A stretch of DNA of 19,283 nucleotides from Bdellovibrionota bacterium (GCA_044356455.1 JBIKWF010000085.1:1-19283); one strand, 5' to 3'; positions 8,980-16,708 are shown, counted from the stretch's first letter. The notes: generated by a model not told the origin, from the sequence alone. Program-made: numbers and translations.

Positions 8980-10410
8980 ATGCAGCCTGCTCTTAAGGAA
9001 CCCCTTGAATCTCGGGACGCCCTGGCCTTCAGGCGCATCCTCTTTGCTATCTGCCCTACCGGCGCCTATTGCCGCGAGGACCGCTGTCAGTCTTTTTTCT
9101 CGTACGAACTTATCCCCACGATGCGAGCTCCTCTTGAGGAGTGTGAAGCAGCAGGGGCAATTCGCGCGGCAGGCGGGCGCGCTATTGTCATTGACGCACC
9201 CGCAGAGGGAATTGCAGGAGACTTATTTCTCACGCGAGTCAAAGAGGCGTCTCCCGACCTTATTATTATAGTCGCCACGTTCGGGACTCTTGAGGCTGAT
9301 TTAGCCTGGGCAGCGCGGTTTAAATCTGCCTTTCCAGAGATTCCCGTGGGAATGCGAGGAGCGCCTTGCTACACCCATGACAGAGACATTCTCGCAAGAA
9401 CCCCTGAGCTCGATTTCTGTTTAAAGGGCGAGTACGAAACTATTTTCGATGCAATCACCAAGAATGGATATCATGGAGCACCAGGAGTCACCTATCGCTC
9501 AGCGAGCTCTGTGATCCCCGCAACGTCTATCCCTCGCATCATGGACCTTGATAGTCTTCCGCTCCCCGACCGCTCAGCGGTGAATGGCAAACTCTATAAG
9601 GTGCGAGGACTCGGCGTCTCTCAGGCCACGATTCGCGTGCAGCGTGGCTGCCCCTTCCCCTGCTCTTACTGCTTGGTTCATACCGTAAGCGGAAACGAAG
9701 CTCGCCACCGCTCTCCTGCCCACATCGCTTCCGAAATGCGCAGCTTGATGGAGGCAGGAACTTCTTGCTTCTATCTTCGAGCGGATACTTTTACCCTAGA
9801 CCGCAGGTGGGTTCTCGAGCTCTGCGAGGCATTAGTAAGGGAGTGTCCCGGCGCCCAGTGGGTAACCACCACGCGCGCCGACCGTGTTGATGACGAGCTC
9901 ATCCGAGCTATGGCACGAGCGGGATGTTATGGACTTAGCTTTGGGCTCGATGTTGCAAGTAAGACCATTGCCCAAAAGGTCCACAAATATGCCAAACCCG
10001 AAGTGGCGCAGCAGGCCTTTAGGGCCTGCGATAGGGCGAATATTATTGGACTTGCCTATCTAATGATTGGGTTTCTCTGGGAGACTGAAGAGACGCTCGC
10101 CGAAACGGAGCAGTTCATTAGGTTTGTGAGGCCCGACTTACTGACGGTCCATTTCGCCCATCCTTATCCAGGCACACAGTATTACGAGGATTTTCTTCGC
10201 GCAGGAGCCTCCGTCATATCGCCTCGGGCACAGGCTGAGCCAGCCTTGGAAACAACAGGAGTCTCTGCGAAGGATCTAGAACGCACCGCGCGGCGCTGGT
10301 TACGTGAGCATTACCTTAGGCCGAGTGTTTTGTACTCTCTTTCCCGAAAGGGCACCCGTATCTTCTTTCGTAGACTTAAGTATTCTTGCCAAGACGTCAG
10401 AGGCTTTTAG
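8980..10410 (+). CDS. Cobalamin (B12)-binding domain radical SAM protein
   Basis: RGCPFPCSYC (CxxxCxxC), ADTFT, TRADRVD, MARAGC..SFG, MIGFLWET and PYPGT motifs, with an N-terminal B12-binding-like Rossmann segment. GGAGG RBS at 8966-8970 precedes ATG 8980. Confidence 0.92.
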   Translation: MQPALKEPLESRDALAFRRILFAICPTGAYCREDRCQSFFSYELIPTMRAPLEECEAAGAIRAAGGRAIVIDAPAEGIAGDLFLTRVKEASPDLIIIVATFGTLEADLAWAARFKSAFPEIPVGMRGAPCYTHDRDILARTPELDFCLKGEYETIFDAITKNGYHGAPGVTYRSASSVIPATSIPRIMDLDSLPLPDRSAVNGKLYKVRGLGVSQATIRVQRGCPFPCSYCLVHTVSGNEARHRSPAHIASEMRSLMEAGTSCFYLRADTFTLDRRWVLELCEALVRECPGAQWVTTTRADRVDDELIRAMARAGCYGLSFGLDVASKTIAQKVHKYAKPEVAQQAFRACDRANIIGLAYLMIGFLWETEETLAETEQFIRFVRPDLLTVHFAHPYPGTQYYEDFLRAGASVISPRAQAEPALETTGVSAKDLERTARRWLREHYLRPSVLYSLSRKGTRIFFRRLKYSCQDVRGF

Positions 10411-10547
10411 GGTCTCGGGTGATTGAGTAAGATTTTGGAGCACAGGATTTACCCCAACGCCCTGAATCTATTGCAAAGAATGATTTTCTCGGACTCCAAT
10501 CATTAAAGACTCCCCGATTTTCTAGGCTGAAACGACCGACATCATCT

Positions 10548-10568
10548 GTAATACTATTACTAGTAATA
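10548..10568. promoter_or_regulatory. Overlapping palindromes, probable autoregulatory operator of the TA operon
   Basis: GTAATA-C-TATTAC (10548-10560) overlaps the perfect palindrome TATTACTAGTAATA (10555-10568), directly before the AGGAG RBS (10571-10575) of the antitoxin. Confidence 0.7.
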
Positions 10569-10581
10569 CTAGGAGTCTCGC

Positions 10582-10812
10582 ATGCGAGTAACATCAAAGG
10601 GGCAAGTTACCATCCCACAAGAGCTTCGGCGTAAGGCCAACATTGTTCCTGAGTCCGAGGTCGAATTTTGGTTTGAAAACGGAGTGATTCACTTGCGAAA
10701 GAAAGTGTCAGGCAAGAGTGGTCGTGGGCTAAAGGTCGTAGCGCGAATGAAAGCGAGCGCGAAGATTTCAATGTCTACTGAACAAATCATGAAGTTAACG
10801 CGTGGCGAGTAA
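10582..10812 (+). CDS. vapB: AbrB/MazE/SpoVT-family DNA-binding antitoxin (VapB-like)
   Basis: N-terminus MRVTSKGQVTIPQELRRK..PESEVEF, C-terminus MSTEQIMKLTRGE. AGGAG RBS; the stop overlaps the next start (TAATG). Confidence 0.92.
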   Translation: MRVTSKGQVTIPQELRRKANIVPESEVEFWFENGVIHLRKKVSGKSGRGLKVVARMKASAKISMSTEQIMKLTRGE

Positions 10813-11042
10813 TGAATTACACCTTTATTGACAGCAATGTCGTGATAGACATTCTGTCAGAAAATAAGGAGTGGCACATACTTAGTGCCACCCACTTTAG
10901 TTGTGATGGGCAATTGAGACAGCCCAACTCGGACGAAGCGACCGTGCCCTACAAAGTTTGGTTAAGCAATTGTATTTATAGAATCTTCTTCAAGCAGAAG
11001 GAGAGCCTCAAGCGGCCTTCTTTCCAGCCCTCTTCGGCTTAA
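10812..11042 (+). pseudogene. vapC: Truncated PIN-domain toxin (VapC-like); only the first ~23 codons are PIN-like
   Basis: MNYTFIDSNVVIDILSENKEW matches the start of a PIN domain and is translationally coupled to vapB. Similarity is lost at ~10881, where the repeat end TTAGTGCCACCCACT begins. The ORF is 76 aa versus ~130 aa for a full VapC, and no later PIN motifs are seen. Confidence 0.8.
10882..10896 (+). repeat. Isolated left end of the 98/99-bp repeat family
   Basis: TTAGTGCCACCCACT is identical (15/15) to 16717-16731 and 13/15 identical to 11241-11255. Confidence 0.75.
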
Positions 11043-11160
11043 GTGCTAGCTCTAGTCCGAGTCTATCGAGAACTGTGGTCTGAACAACATTCTCCTTTAG
11101 GCAGCAACCACCGCCCTGCACCAGGTGCTTGGCTCAGATAGTCAATTCTCCGCCGCTCGT

Positions 11161-11207
11161 CCTCACCGGCCTGCCGGTGAGGCGCTAAACCAGCCCCTCG
11201 CAGGGGC
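11161..11207. other. Two adjacent GC-rich hairpins (REP-like or terminator-like)
   Basis: CCTCACCGGC-CT-GCCGGTGAGG (11161-11182) and GCCCCT-CGC-AGGGGC (11193-11207), between convergent genes. Neither has a clear U-tract. Confidence 0.55.
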
Positions 11208-11232
11208 GGCATCTTGGCGTAGAACCGGCTCC

Positions 11233-11330
11233 CGCGCGGATTAGTGCCCTCCACTAACGTGACGATCTCTATGTCAGCTAGATTGGGGGAAGTTCAGTGA
11301 TTGGCATTCGAAATAGTTGGGGTAAACCAG
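11233..11330 (+). repeat. 98-bp intergenic repeat, copy 1
   Basis: Aligns by eye to 16709-16807 with 10 substitutions and 1 gap. It starts with the hairpin TTAGTG-N5-CACTAA and ends TCGAAATAGTTGGGGTAAACCAG. Confidence 0.93.
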
Positions 11331-11345
11331 CGAAGGAGCAATCGG

Positions 11346-13781
11346 CTACAACTTCGCCATCTCTTCAAGCTGAGCAAGCTCATTATCGCGTGAATCTTGA
11401 TATTCCATAACAGCGCTCGCTATCACCCACCCGTATTGCAACCTTAACGCCTTGGAGTACGGCTCAAGATAGGCTTTAAAATCTTCAACCGCACTACCGT
11501 CCTGCAATCGGGAATCCACTTTTTTTAGAGCCTCTCCAAGCGCTTGAGCGATTGTCTCCGATGTTACTATGGTAAGCCGGCCCGTTTCTTCAGCAAATTT
11601 TTTTGCGTGCCGATTAACATTCCAAGCGCCTTCGAATCCCAGTATCTTCGGGCAAGATCCACTGTAAATCGGTTCGGCTAGATTGCGATCTTCGCCCACG
11701 ATCGCGATGTCCGCCGACGCGAACAAATCCTTGAGCTCACCACGAGTGTTGAGAATAACAATATCGAAATCCGAAAAGCTCTTCCCTTCGCAAATTGAGT
11801 CGCCGCGGTTACGGTCGTCTTCGCTGCGAATACCTACCTTAAATCCCAAGTTTTTCAGGTCTTCTGCCAATGCACTGCTAGGCTGTCTTAGAGCCAGAAT
11901 TGTCAATGATTTTTGCTCACCACCCCTTGTTGCTTTTAATGCCTCCACTACATCTAGCGTTTCGCACAGGGATGGACTCGCTACTATTACTACTGCTCGT
12001 GGATCATTGATCAATTTATCACGTGTTTTTCCTCCGGCGGGCGTAGCCGCGGAGAGAAATTTTAGCGGTGAGTATGGAAGATTTACTCCTGAAATGGACC
12101 CATCGCGGGCTCTTGCTAGAACTATTTCATGGTGGTCACTAAACGTGATCAGCGGATAAAGAAATTCATCGCGAGGAGGAAGGTTCATGGCGTCGAGCCC
12201 AGGGTCTTTGCGTCCTTCATGATAGGTACGATTCTTAACTCGATCTTCACCTAGCTCTAGAAGCGCCATAGCATTCCGGATGGAAAACGTTGCGGCTACC
12301 TCATAGTTGTTAAACAAAAGCTGGTAGCGAATAGGAAGTGAGCCGAAGTCAATGTGGCCACCTGTAGTAAGATATTTCTCAACTCCATCTACTCGACCGA
12401 GCGCGCTCAAAGCGATGAGAGTGTTCAGCGGATCCAGTTCAAAAGCGTGCGCCAACGAACCATCGCGAATACAATCCGTCTTTCCTAGCTTTTCGATTCC
12501 TCGCTCAAAGTCTCCAAAAAACTTTCGGTTAGAGAACATACCTAGTACACGCTTTTCCTGATATGGCGAGAGGTTTGCCTTCTCGGCTCCCACCAAAGCA
12601 AGGACATCCTTAAGTATACCGGGGTCGCACATACCTGGAGTAGCGAGGCAAAAATACAAAAACTCGACTGGCTGCTCCTTGAGCATTCGGCAAGACTCAA
12701 GAAAGCCAAGCTCTGCAATCACACTTTCGATTCTTTTTGGTGAAAGCGGGGAATTTACTGACACGAAAACGTGGGGGAAACTTCTTAATGCCCTTTCTGC
12801 ATCATCCTGCCCGAACCTGGATACTAGATACTTAAAGCTTTCAAATTGATCGATCTGACCTAAAAGACTCTTCTCATAGGTGTTGTTAATTTTTATAATC
12901 GTATCGAGAATCAGCCGCGGTAGCTTTCCAATGGCTGTTCTGCTCGGACCACAAAGCAACTCCCGAATGTCGCAACCTTTCGCCATTCGAGCCAACGATT
13001 CTAAGACAAAGTTAGGAGCAATTTCTATCAATGTCGAAAGTTGCGTTTCTGCTCCGTCAAGGTTCGCCCGATTCTCCCTTAACTCTATTAAGGAATTGAA
13101 ATCAGCGATCCGTTTGGAATTTTGAAAAATGTTAATAAGTTGCCGAGTTGATGTCGCACTCGAACCGGAAATCGAGACGGCAAAAATATTTATAGCCTGA
13201 ACATTCTCGTCAATCGCTGAGTGGCAACTATCAGAATACCCTTTAGACAATACCTCAATGGCCATGTCTTCACTGAGGCCGCCCACAGTGGCCCTTAATC
13301 TCAGTCGAAAGTCAGCCTCGCTGATGAGTCTTTCCGCTACCAGATCTGCTAGACCCGGGGACTTCGTACAAAGTTTGGAAACTATAGAGAGCTCGGACTC
13401 GTCAAGACTTAGCGGCCCACCATGGTGGAGTGCTATAAGCCTGGTGAGTGGGCCGCACGGTTCGCAGAACAGTCTGGAAACATCACTGTAGGAGTAGGTG
13501 TTTTGAAGCTCCCCTTCGGAATGTCGTGATAGGCGATCAACGATCAACTTCTCAACCGTCCAAAGACCGTGCAAAGCAATTGCTTCGTTGAGTAACACAA
13601 CTGACCCAGAGCGTTCGGTCAAAGCCTCAGCGATATTTTTGCTGCCGATGCCTAAATCAGAGATTGATGGGAGGTAGTCTTCAGGCAAGTGTTGACCGAT
13701 CAGACTCTTGGCGCGAATAACTTCCGAGAAGCGATCTTCCTCGCTTTTTGTTTGTGAAGGCGGAGAAATATTTGCGTTCAT
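11346..13781 (-). CDS. Hypothetical 811-aa protein: unknown helical N-terminal region fused to a divergent WaaA/KdtA-like (Kdo transferase, GT-B) C-terminal domain
   Basis: The C-terminal third has SPLKF, VVIVAS, LTILALRQP and DIVILNTRGELKDLFASADIAIVG..RNLAEP. These occur in the same order as the WaaA motifs GNLKFD, WIAAST, LILVPRHP and DTMGELxxLYxxADxAFVGG..HNxLEP. The N-terminal ~500 aa are unrecognised. Confidence 0.7.
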   Translation of the reverse strand: MNANISPPSQTKSEEDRFSEVIRAKSLIGQHLPEDYLPSISDLGIGSKNIAEALTERSGSVVLLNEAIALHGLWTVEKLIVDRLSRHSEGELQNTYSYSDVSRLFCEPCGPLTRLIALHHGGPLSLDESELSIVSKLCTKSPGLADLVAERLISEADFRLRLRATVGGLSEDMAIEVLSKGYSDSCHSAIDENVQAINIFAVSISGSSATSTRQLINIFQNSKRIADFNSLIELRENRANLDGAETQLSTLIEIAPNFVLESLARMAKGCDIRELLCGPSRTAIGKLPRLILDTIIKINNTYEKSLLGQIDQFESFKYLVSRFGQDDAERALRSFPHVFVSVNSPLSPKRIESVIAELGFLESCRMLKEQPVEFLYFCLATPGMCDPGILKDVLALVGAEKANLSPYQEKRVLGMFSNRKFFGDFERGIEKLGKTDCIRDGSLAHAFELDPLNTLIALSALGRVDGVEKYLTTGGHIDFGSLPIRYQLLFNNYEVAATFSIRNAMALLELGEDRVKNRTYHEGRKDPGLDAMNLPPRDEFLYPLITFSDHHEIVLARARDGSISGVNLPYSPLKFLSAATPAGGKTRDKLINDPRAVVIVASPSLCETLDVVEALKATRGGEQKSLTILALRQPSSALAEDLKNLGFKVGIRSEDDRNRGDSICEGKSFSDFDIVILNTRGELKDLFASADIAIVGEDRNLAEPIYSGSCPKILGFEGAWNVNRHAKKFAEETGRLTIVTSETIAQALGEALKKVDSRLQDGSAVEDFKAYLEPYSKALRLQYGWVIASAVMEYQDSRDNELAQLEEMAKL

Positions 13782-13826
13782 GTCAATTAGTTATGCCGCT
13801 GTGGACGGTTCGTGTTGCATTGTCGC

Positions 13827-13860
13827 TTGCCCCTTCTCTGGTCCACCCCAACTTTTTCAA
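13827..13860 (-). repeat. Inverted copy of the GTTGGGGT-core motif
   Basis: The reverse complement TTGAAAAAGTTGGGGTGGACCAGAGAAGGGGCAA matches 11308-11341 (TCGAAATAGTTGGGGTAAACCAGCGAAGGAGCAA) at 28/34. Confidence 0.88.
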
Positions 13861-13942
13861 CTCATCATTTCGGCGGCAACTTATGACGCATTCCCAATAA
13901 TTTTTAAACTTTTAATCGGAATTTGAGGAGGTGAGGTAGGTC

Positions 13943-13971
13943 TGATTCGCAATCGAAATAGTTGGGGTGCA
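13943..13971 (+). repeat. Partial (right-end) copy of the repeat
   Basis: TGATTCGCAATCGAAATAGTTGGGGT matches 11298-11323 at 24/26 and is followed by GCA, as at 15213-15224. Confidence 0.85.
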
Positions 13972-14054
13972 ACAGACGTCTCCTATGGCGCAGAACGAGA
14001 AAGAGTTAATGAATCTGGAGGGGCTGCGGGCTAATTGAATTAATCTTTAAGCTG

Positions 14055-15143
14055 TTATCGCGAGAGCACATCCCTAAGCCACTTCTTATTCTCCTGGACT
14101 ATTTTTGCGAGGTACCTTCCTCTTGCAAGTGATTTTTTAGAGTTCTCAATCATAAAATCTGGGAGGGAGTCACCAATAAGCTTGTCAATGTGTGCTGAAA
14201 CTCTTTTAATTTGATTGACTGCTTTTGTATGCGCTCTACCAATAGCAGCGATTACCGAGGCTTCAGACGTAAATGAATCTTCTGGCGAAGCGATACCTAC
14301 AACGTATGCAAGTGCAATAGTCCGCTCAACTTGAAGTACACCAAGCGTCATTTCATTTACTGCGGTGGCATAAATATCCTTCCAGTTTTGCAAGTGTCTG
14401 AACTCGGGATGCTGAGATATATCTTCCTTTCTGGCGTGTATATTAAAGTCATATTCCCCTGAGCTACACTCTTCTAGCTTCTCAGATACAATTTCAGCAT
14501 GTTTCTCTGATTCGGGAGTGTTACGAAGCCATTCTTCTGTCCGCTCACTTCCACTAACTAATAGGATTGCTTCATAACCAAGGCGCTCACGTTGAATTTG
14601 TGGATTGTTTAATCGTTTTAAATGAGACACCAATTCTTTCAGTGAAAATCCCCCCTCTTGGTCTGGTATTGTAAATGCATCTGAACTTTCACAAAATTCT
14701 TTGAATGCTGCTCTCTCAGGGTTACTTTCTTGACCTGAGGCCATTAGGTGGAGCGAGTATAGGGAAGCAAGCAATTTATAATTCGGCAGAATTTCCGGTG
14801 TTTCTAGACCTGCAGTGGGTACTTCAGACTTTCTTCTCCTTTTATGTGCAGTCGGCTTAGTCAATTCTGCAATCGTTACCTCAATAGAAACGATGGGCTC
14901 ATCTACCGTTGATTCTCCGTATAGTGACTCTTTAACTACCTGACCTATCAGCCTTTGAAATTGAGTTACCAAAAGTCCAATTTGCGCCTTAGTAAGCGCA
15001 GGCAATCCCATTTTGTGGAGCGAATCAGCTATCGATTCAATTTCTTCATTTTCTTTGATGGCACGCAGTGCGTCAGCGGAATTACAGAGATATTCTCTTT
15101 TTAGATCGAGCACATCTGCGACTAGGTTTTGATCAACTCTCAT
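14055..15143 (-). CDS. Hypothetical alpha-helical protein (orphan, ~362 aa)
   Basis: Long ORF with charged, helical composition, visibly more AT-rich than the fibre genes. First ATG at 15143 (MRVDQN). No recognisable family motif. Confidence 0.75.
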   Translation of the reverse strand: MRVDQNLVADVLDLKREYLCNSADALRAIKENEEIESIADSLHKMGLPALTKAQIGLLVTQFQRLIGQVVKESLYGESTVDEPIVSIEVTIAELTKPTAHKRRRKSEVPTAGLETPEILPNYKLLASLYSLHLMASGQESNPERAAFKEFCESSDAFTIPDQEGGFSLKELVSHLKRLNNPQIQRERLGYEAILLVSGSERTEEWLRNTPESEKHAEIVSEKLEECSSGEYDFNIHARKEDISQHPEFRHLQNWKDIYATAVNEMTLGVLQVERTIALAYVVGIASPEDSFTSEASVIAAIGRAHTKAVNQIKRVSAHIDKLIGDSLPDFMIENSKKSLARGRYLAKIVQENKKWLRDVLSR

Positions 15144-15212
15144 ATACCTATGAAGTCCGTCACAAAAGGGAAAGAAACATCCGTTCTTATTTTGGCAAAC
15201 TAGAAACAAAGA

Positions 15213-15224
15213 AGTTGGGGTGCA
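15213..15224 (+). repeat. Short core copy of the motif (AGTTGGGGTGCA)
   Basis: 12/12 identical to 13960-13971; intergenic, 70 nt upstream of the 15143 start. Confidence 0.6.
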
Positions 15225-15298
15225 GGAGGTCGAAGGCTGCGGCCTCCAAATTTTGGCTGCCCCTGATGTACAAGCGTTATGGAGGCGGCGGGAAACGT

Positions 15299-15521
15299 GT
15301 GCCGTAAGGCGGCACTTTCTGGTGCTGCGCTGCGAAGCATCGTGCGAGGATGATTCGAACTCGCAAGGTAAGACTCGCTCAACTGGATACCTGCCAGGCT
15401 ACAATGTTGAGTGCCTCAAGGCAGATCGTCACTGCTAACCAGCTAAAAAAACGCATTTTTTCACCACCTTCGTTTCTCTGAAGCTAGGCTCAGCCTGCGC
15501 TATAATGCCGCCCTACGGCAC
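15299..15521. repeat. Inverted pair of short palindromes (REP-doublet-like)
   Basis: GTGCCGTAAGGCGGCA (15299-15314) and TGCCGCCCTACGGCAC (15506-15521) are reverse complements at 15/16, and each is itself a hairpin. Confidence 0.65.
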
Positions 15522-15728
15522 CTTCTGCCCGCGGTCCGCATAACATCCCCGCAACCAAGAGCAAGACGAGGCGTTCGAGTTGGCACTCATGGCGGTAACG
15601 GGAGACGCGATTCCCTTTCGAAAATGACCGGAGACAATTTTAGCAGAGCAAGGGCTCCCCTACTCCGCCCGAGAATAACTTTCAAAAGAGTGCTGATGAC
15701 AACTGCGTAGAGCGAGGGGAGGACGTCG

Positions 15729-15848
15729 ATGAGCGATTCACTGTACGAGCAATTTAGAGAGCTATTAGAAGGCGACACTCTTTCTCCCGAAGAGAAGGAA
15801 GAGCTAAGTCGAAAAATTCTTTCAATTATATTTGGAGACATGGAGTAG
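15729..15848 (+). CDS. Small acidic helical protein (39 aa), not in the ORF track
   Basis: MSDSLYEQFRELLEGDTLSPEEKEELSRKILSIIFGDME*. Strong GAGGGGAGG RBS just upstream; the stop lies 2 nt before the ATG of the next gene. Confidence 0.65.
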   Translation: MSDSLYEQFRELLEGDTLSPEEKEELSRKILSIIFGDME

Positions 15849-15850
15849 TC

Positions 15851-16585
15851 ATGGATCCGCAGAAAATATCACCAGGAGCCCAGTCCGACATATCAAGGCT
15901 TACCAAAGGGGAGGACCGGGCTGACGTTGCGCTCGATGCGCTTCAGGATTGCGATCTGACCCCGACGCAGATTCGGAAACTTACACGGTTGCTCCGTTCG
16001 GAACAAATTAAGCAGAGTCGCGTTTTACCGCGCCTTGTTGACGGAAAGGAAATTGTAACGGTTGATGAGGCGCTCCGCCCTAGGCTGGAGATGCCTCGTG
16101 ACGCCGAACAATTTAAATTCCCAGAAATTACACCTGTCGGTCGGCTACAAAAGAGCACTGTCGATGGCCATATTGCCGTATCCGGCAAAGTCGCGATTGG
16201 TTCTTGGGTCTTCAATACACTTCTCTCTGAAGGATCATTTGGCAAAACAGTAGAAGAGCAAAGGGCGTATGCCGAACGGTTTGGCTACCAACTTGTGAGC
16301 CCCGAGGTGCATCGTGTGTATGTAGAAACGCTTATTAGAAATTCGCGCCATGGTTCCGCAGCTGATAGCTATGCCCTTGAGATTTACAGACAGCGCTACG
16401 TTCGGGGTTGGGAAAGAGGATTTAGCGTTGAGCTTGTTGAGGACCTCTCCGGTGGCCATTTGGATCTTAATCCTGTCAAGCCGGAACCATTCCCTGACTT
16501 GGGATTCGGATTGGGTAGTAAGACCGCCGGTGCATTGTTCATTAGCCGAGAGTCGAGTGAGAGATATAGGCGCGAAAGGACATAG
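15851..16585 (+). CDS. Hypothetical protein (244 aa, orphan)
   Basis: ATG with GGAG RBS at 15842-15845 and protein-like composition. No family recognised. Confidence 0.72.
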   Translation: MDPQKISPGAQSDISRLTKGEDRADVALDALQDCDLTPTQIRKLTRLLRSEQIKQSRVLPRLVDGKEIVTVDEALRPRLEMPRDAEQFKFPEITPVGRLQKSTVDGHIAVSGKVAIGSWVFNTLLSEGSFGKTVEEQRAYAERFGYQLVSPEVHRVYVETLIRNSRHGSAADSYALEIYRQRYVRGWERGFSVELVEDLSGGHLDLNPVKPEPFPDLGFGLGSKTAGALFISRESSERYRRERT

Positions 16586-16708
16586 GCGCGGTCGGAAAAC
16601 TTGAAACAACAGATAATAAGAATGTGGTCCTGCTTAACACTCAGTAGATGCGTGATCCACGGCGGCATCGAGTTAAGCAGAGACCCGCGCTGATTCCACA
16701 ATGAGGCG

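Noticed and set aside
8895..9038. N-terminal extension of the glycosyltransferase ORF
   Set aside because: It overlaps the radical SAM start and RBS; ATG 8894 gives a typical N-terminus.
11042..11254. Remainder of vapC, or the 63-aa minus-strand ORF
   Set aside because: No PIN C-terminal motifs were found in the frames I read, and the short ORF starts inside the repeat and runs through hairpins.
11346..13781. Naming the gene waaA
   Set aside because: It is about twice the normal length, the N-terminal WaaA motifs are absent and key motifs are altered.
11319..13849. Tn3-family transposon (GGGG...CCCC ends)
   Set aside because: There is no transposase or resolvase, the inverted similarity extends outside the GGGG, and I see no 5-bp direct target duplication.
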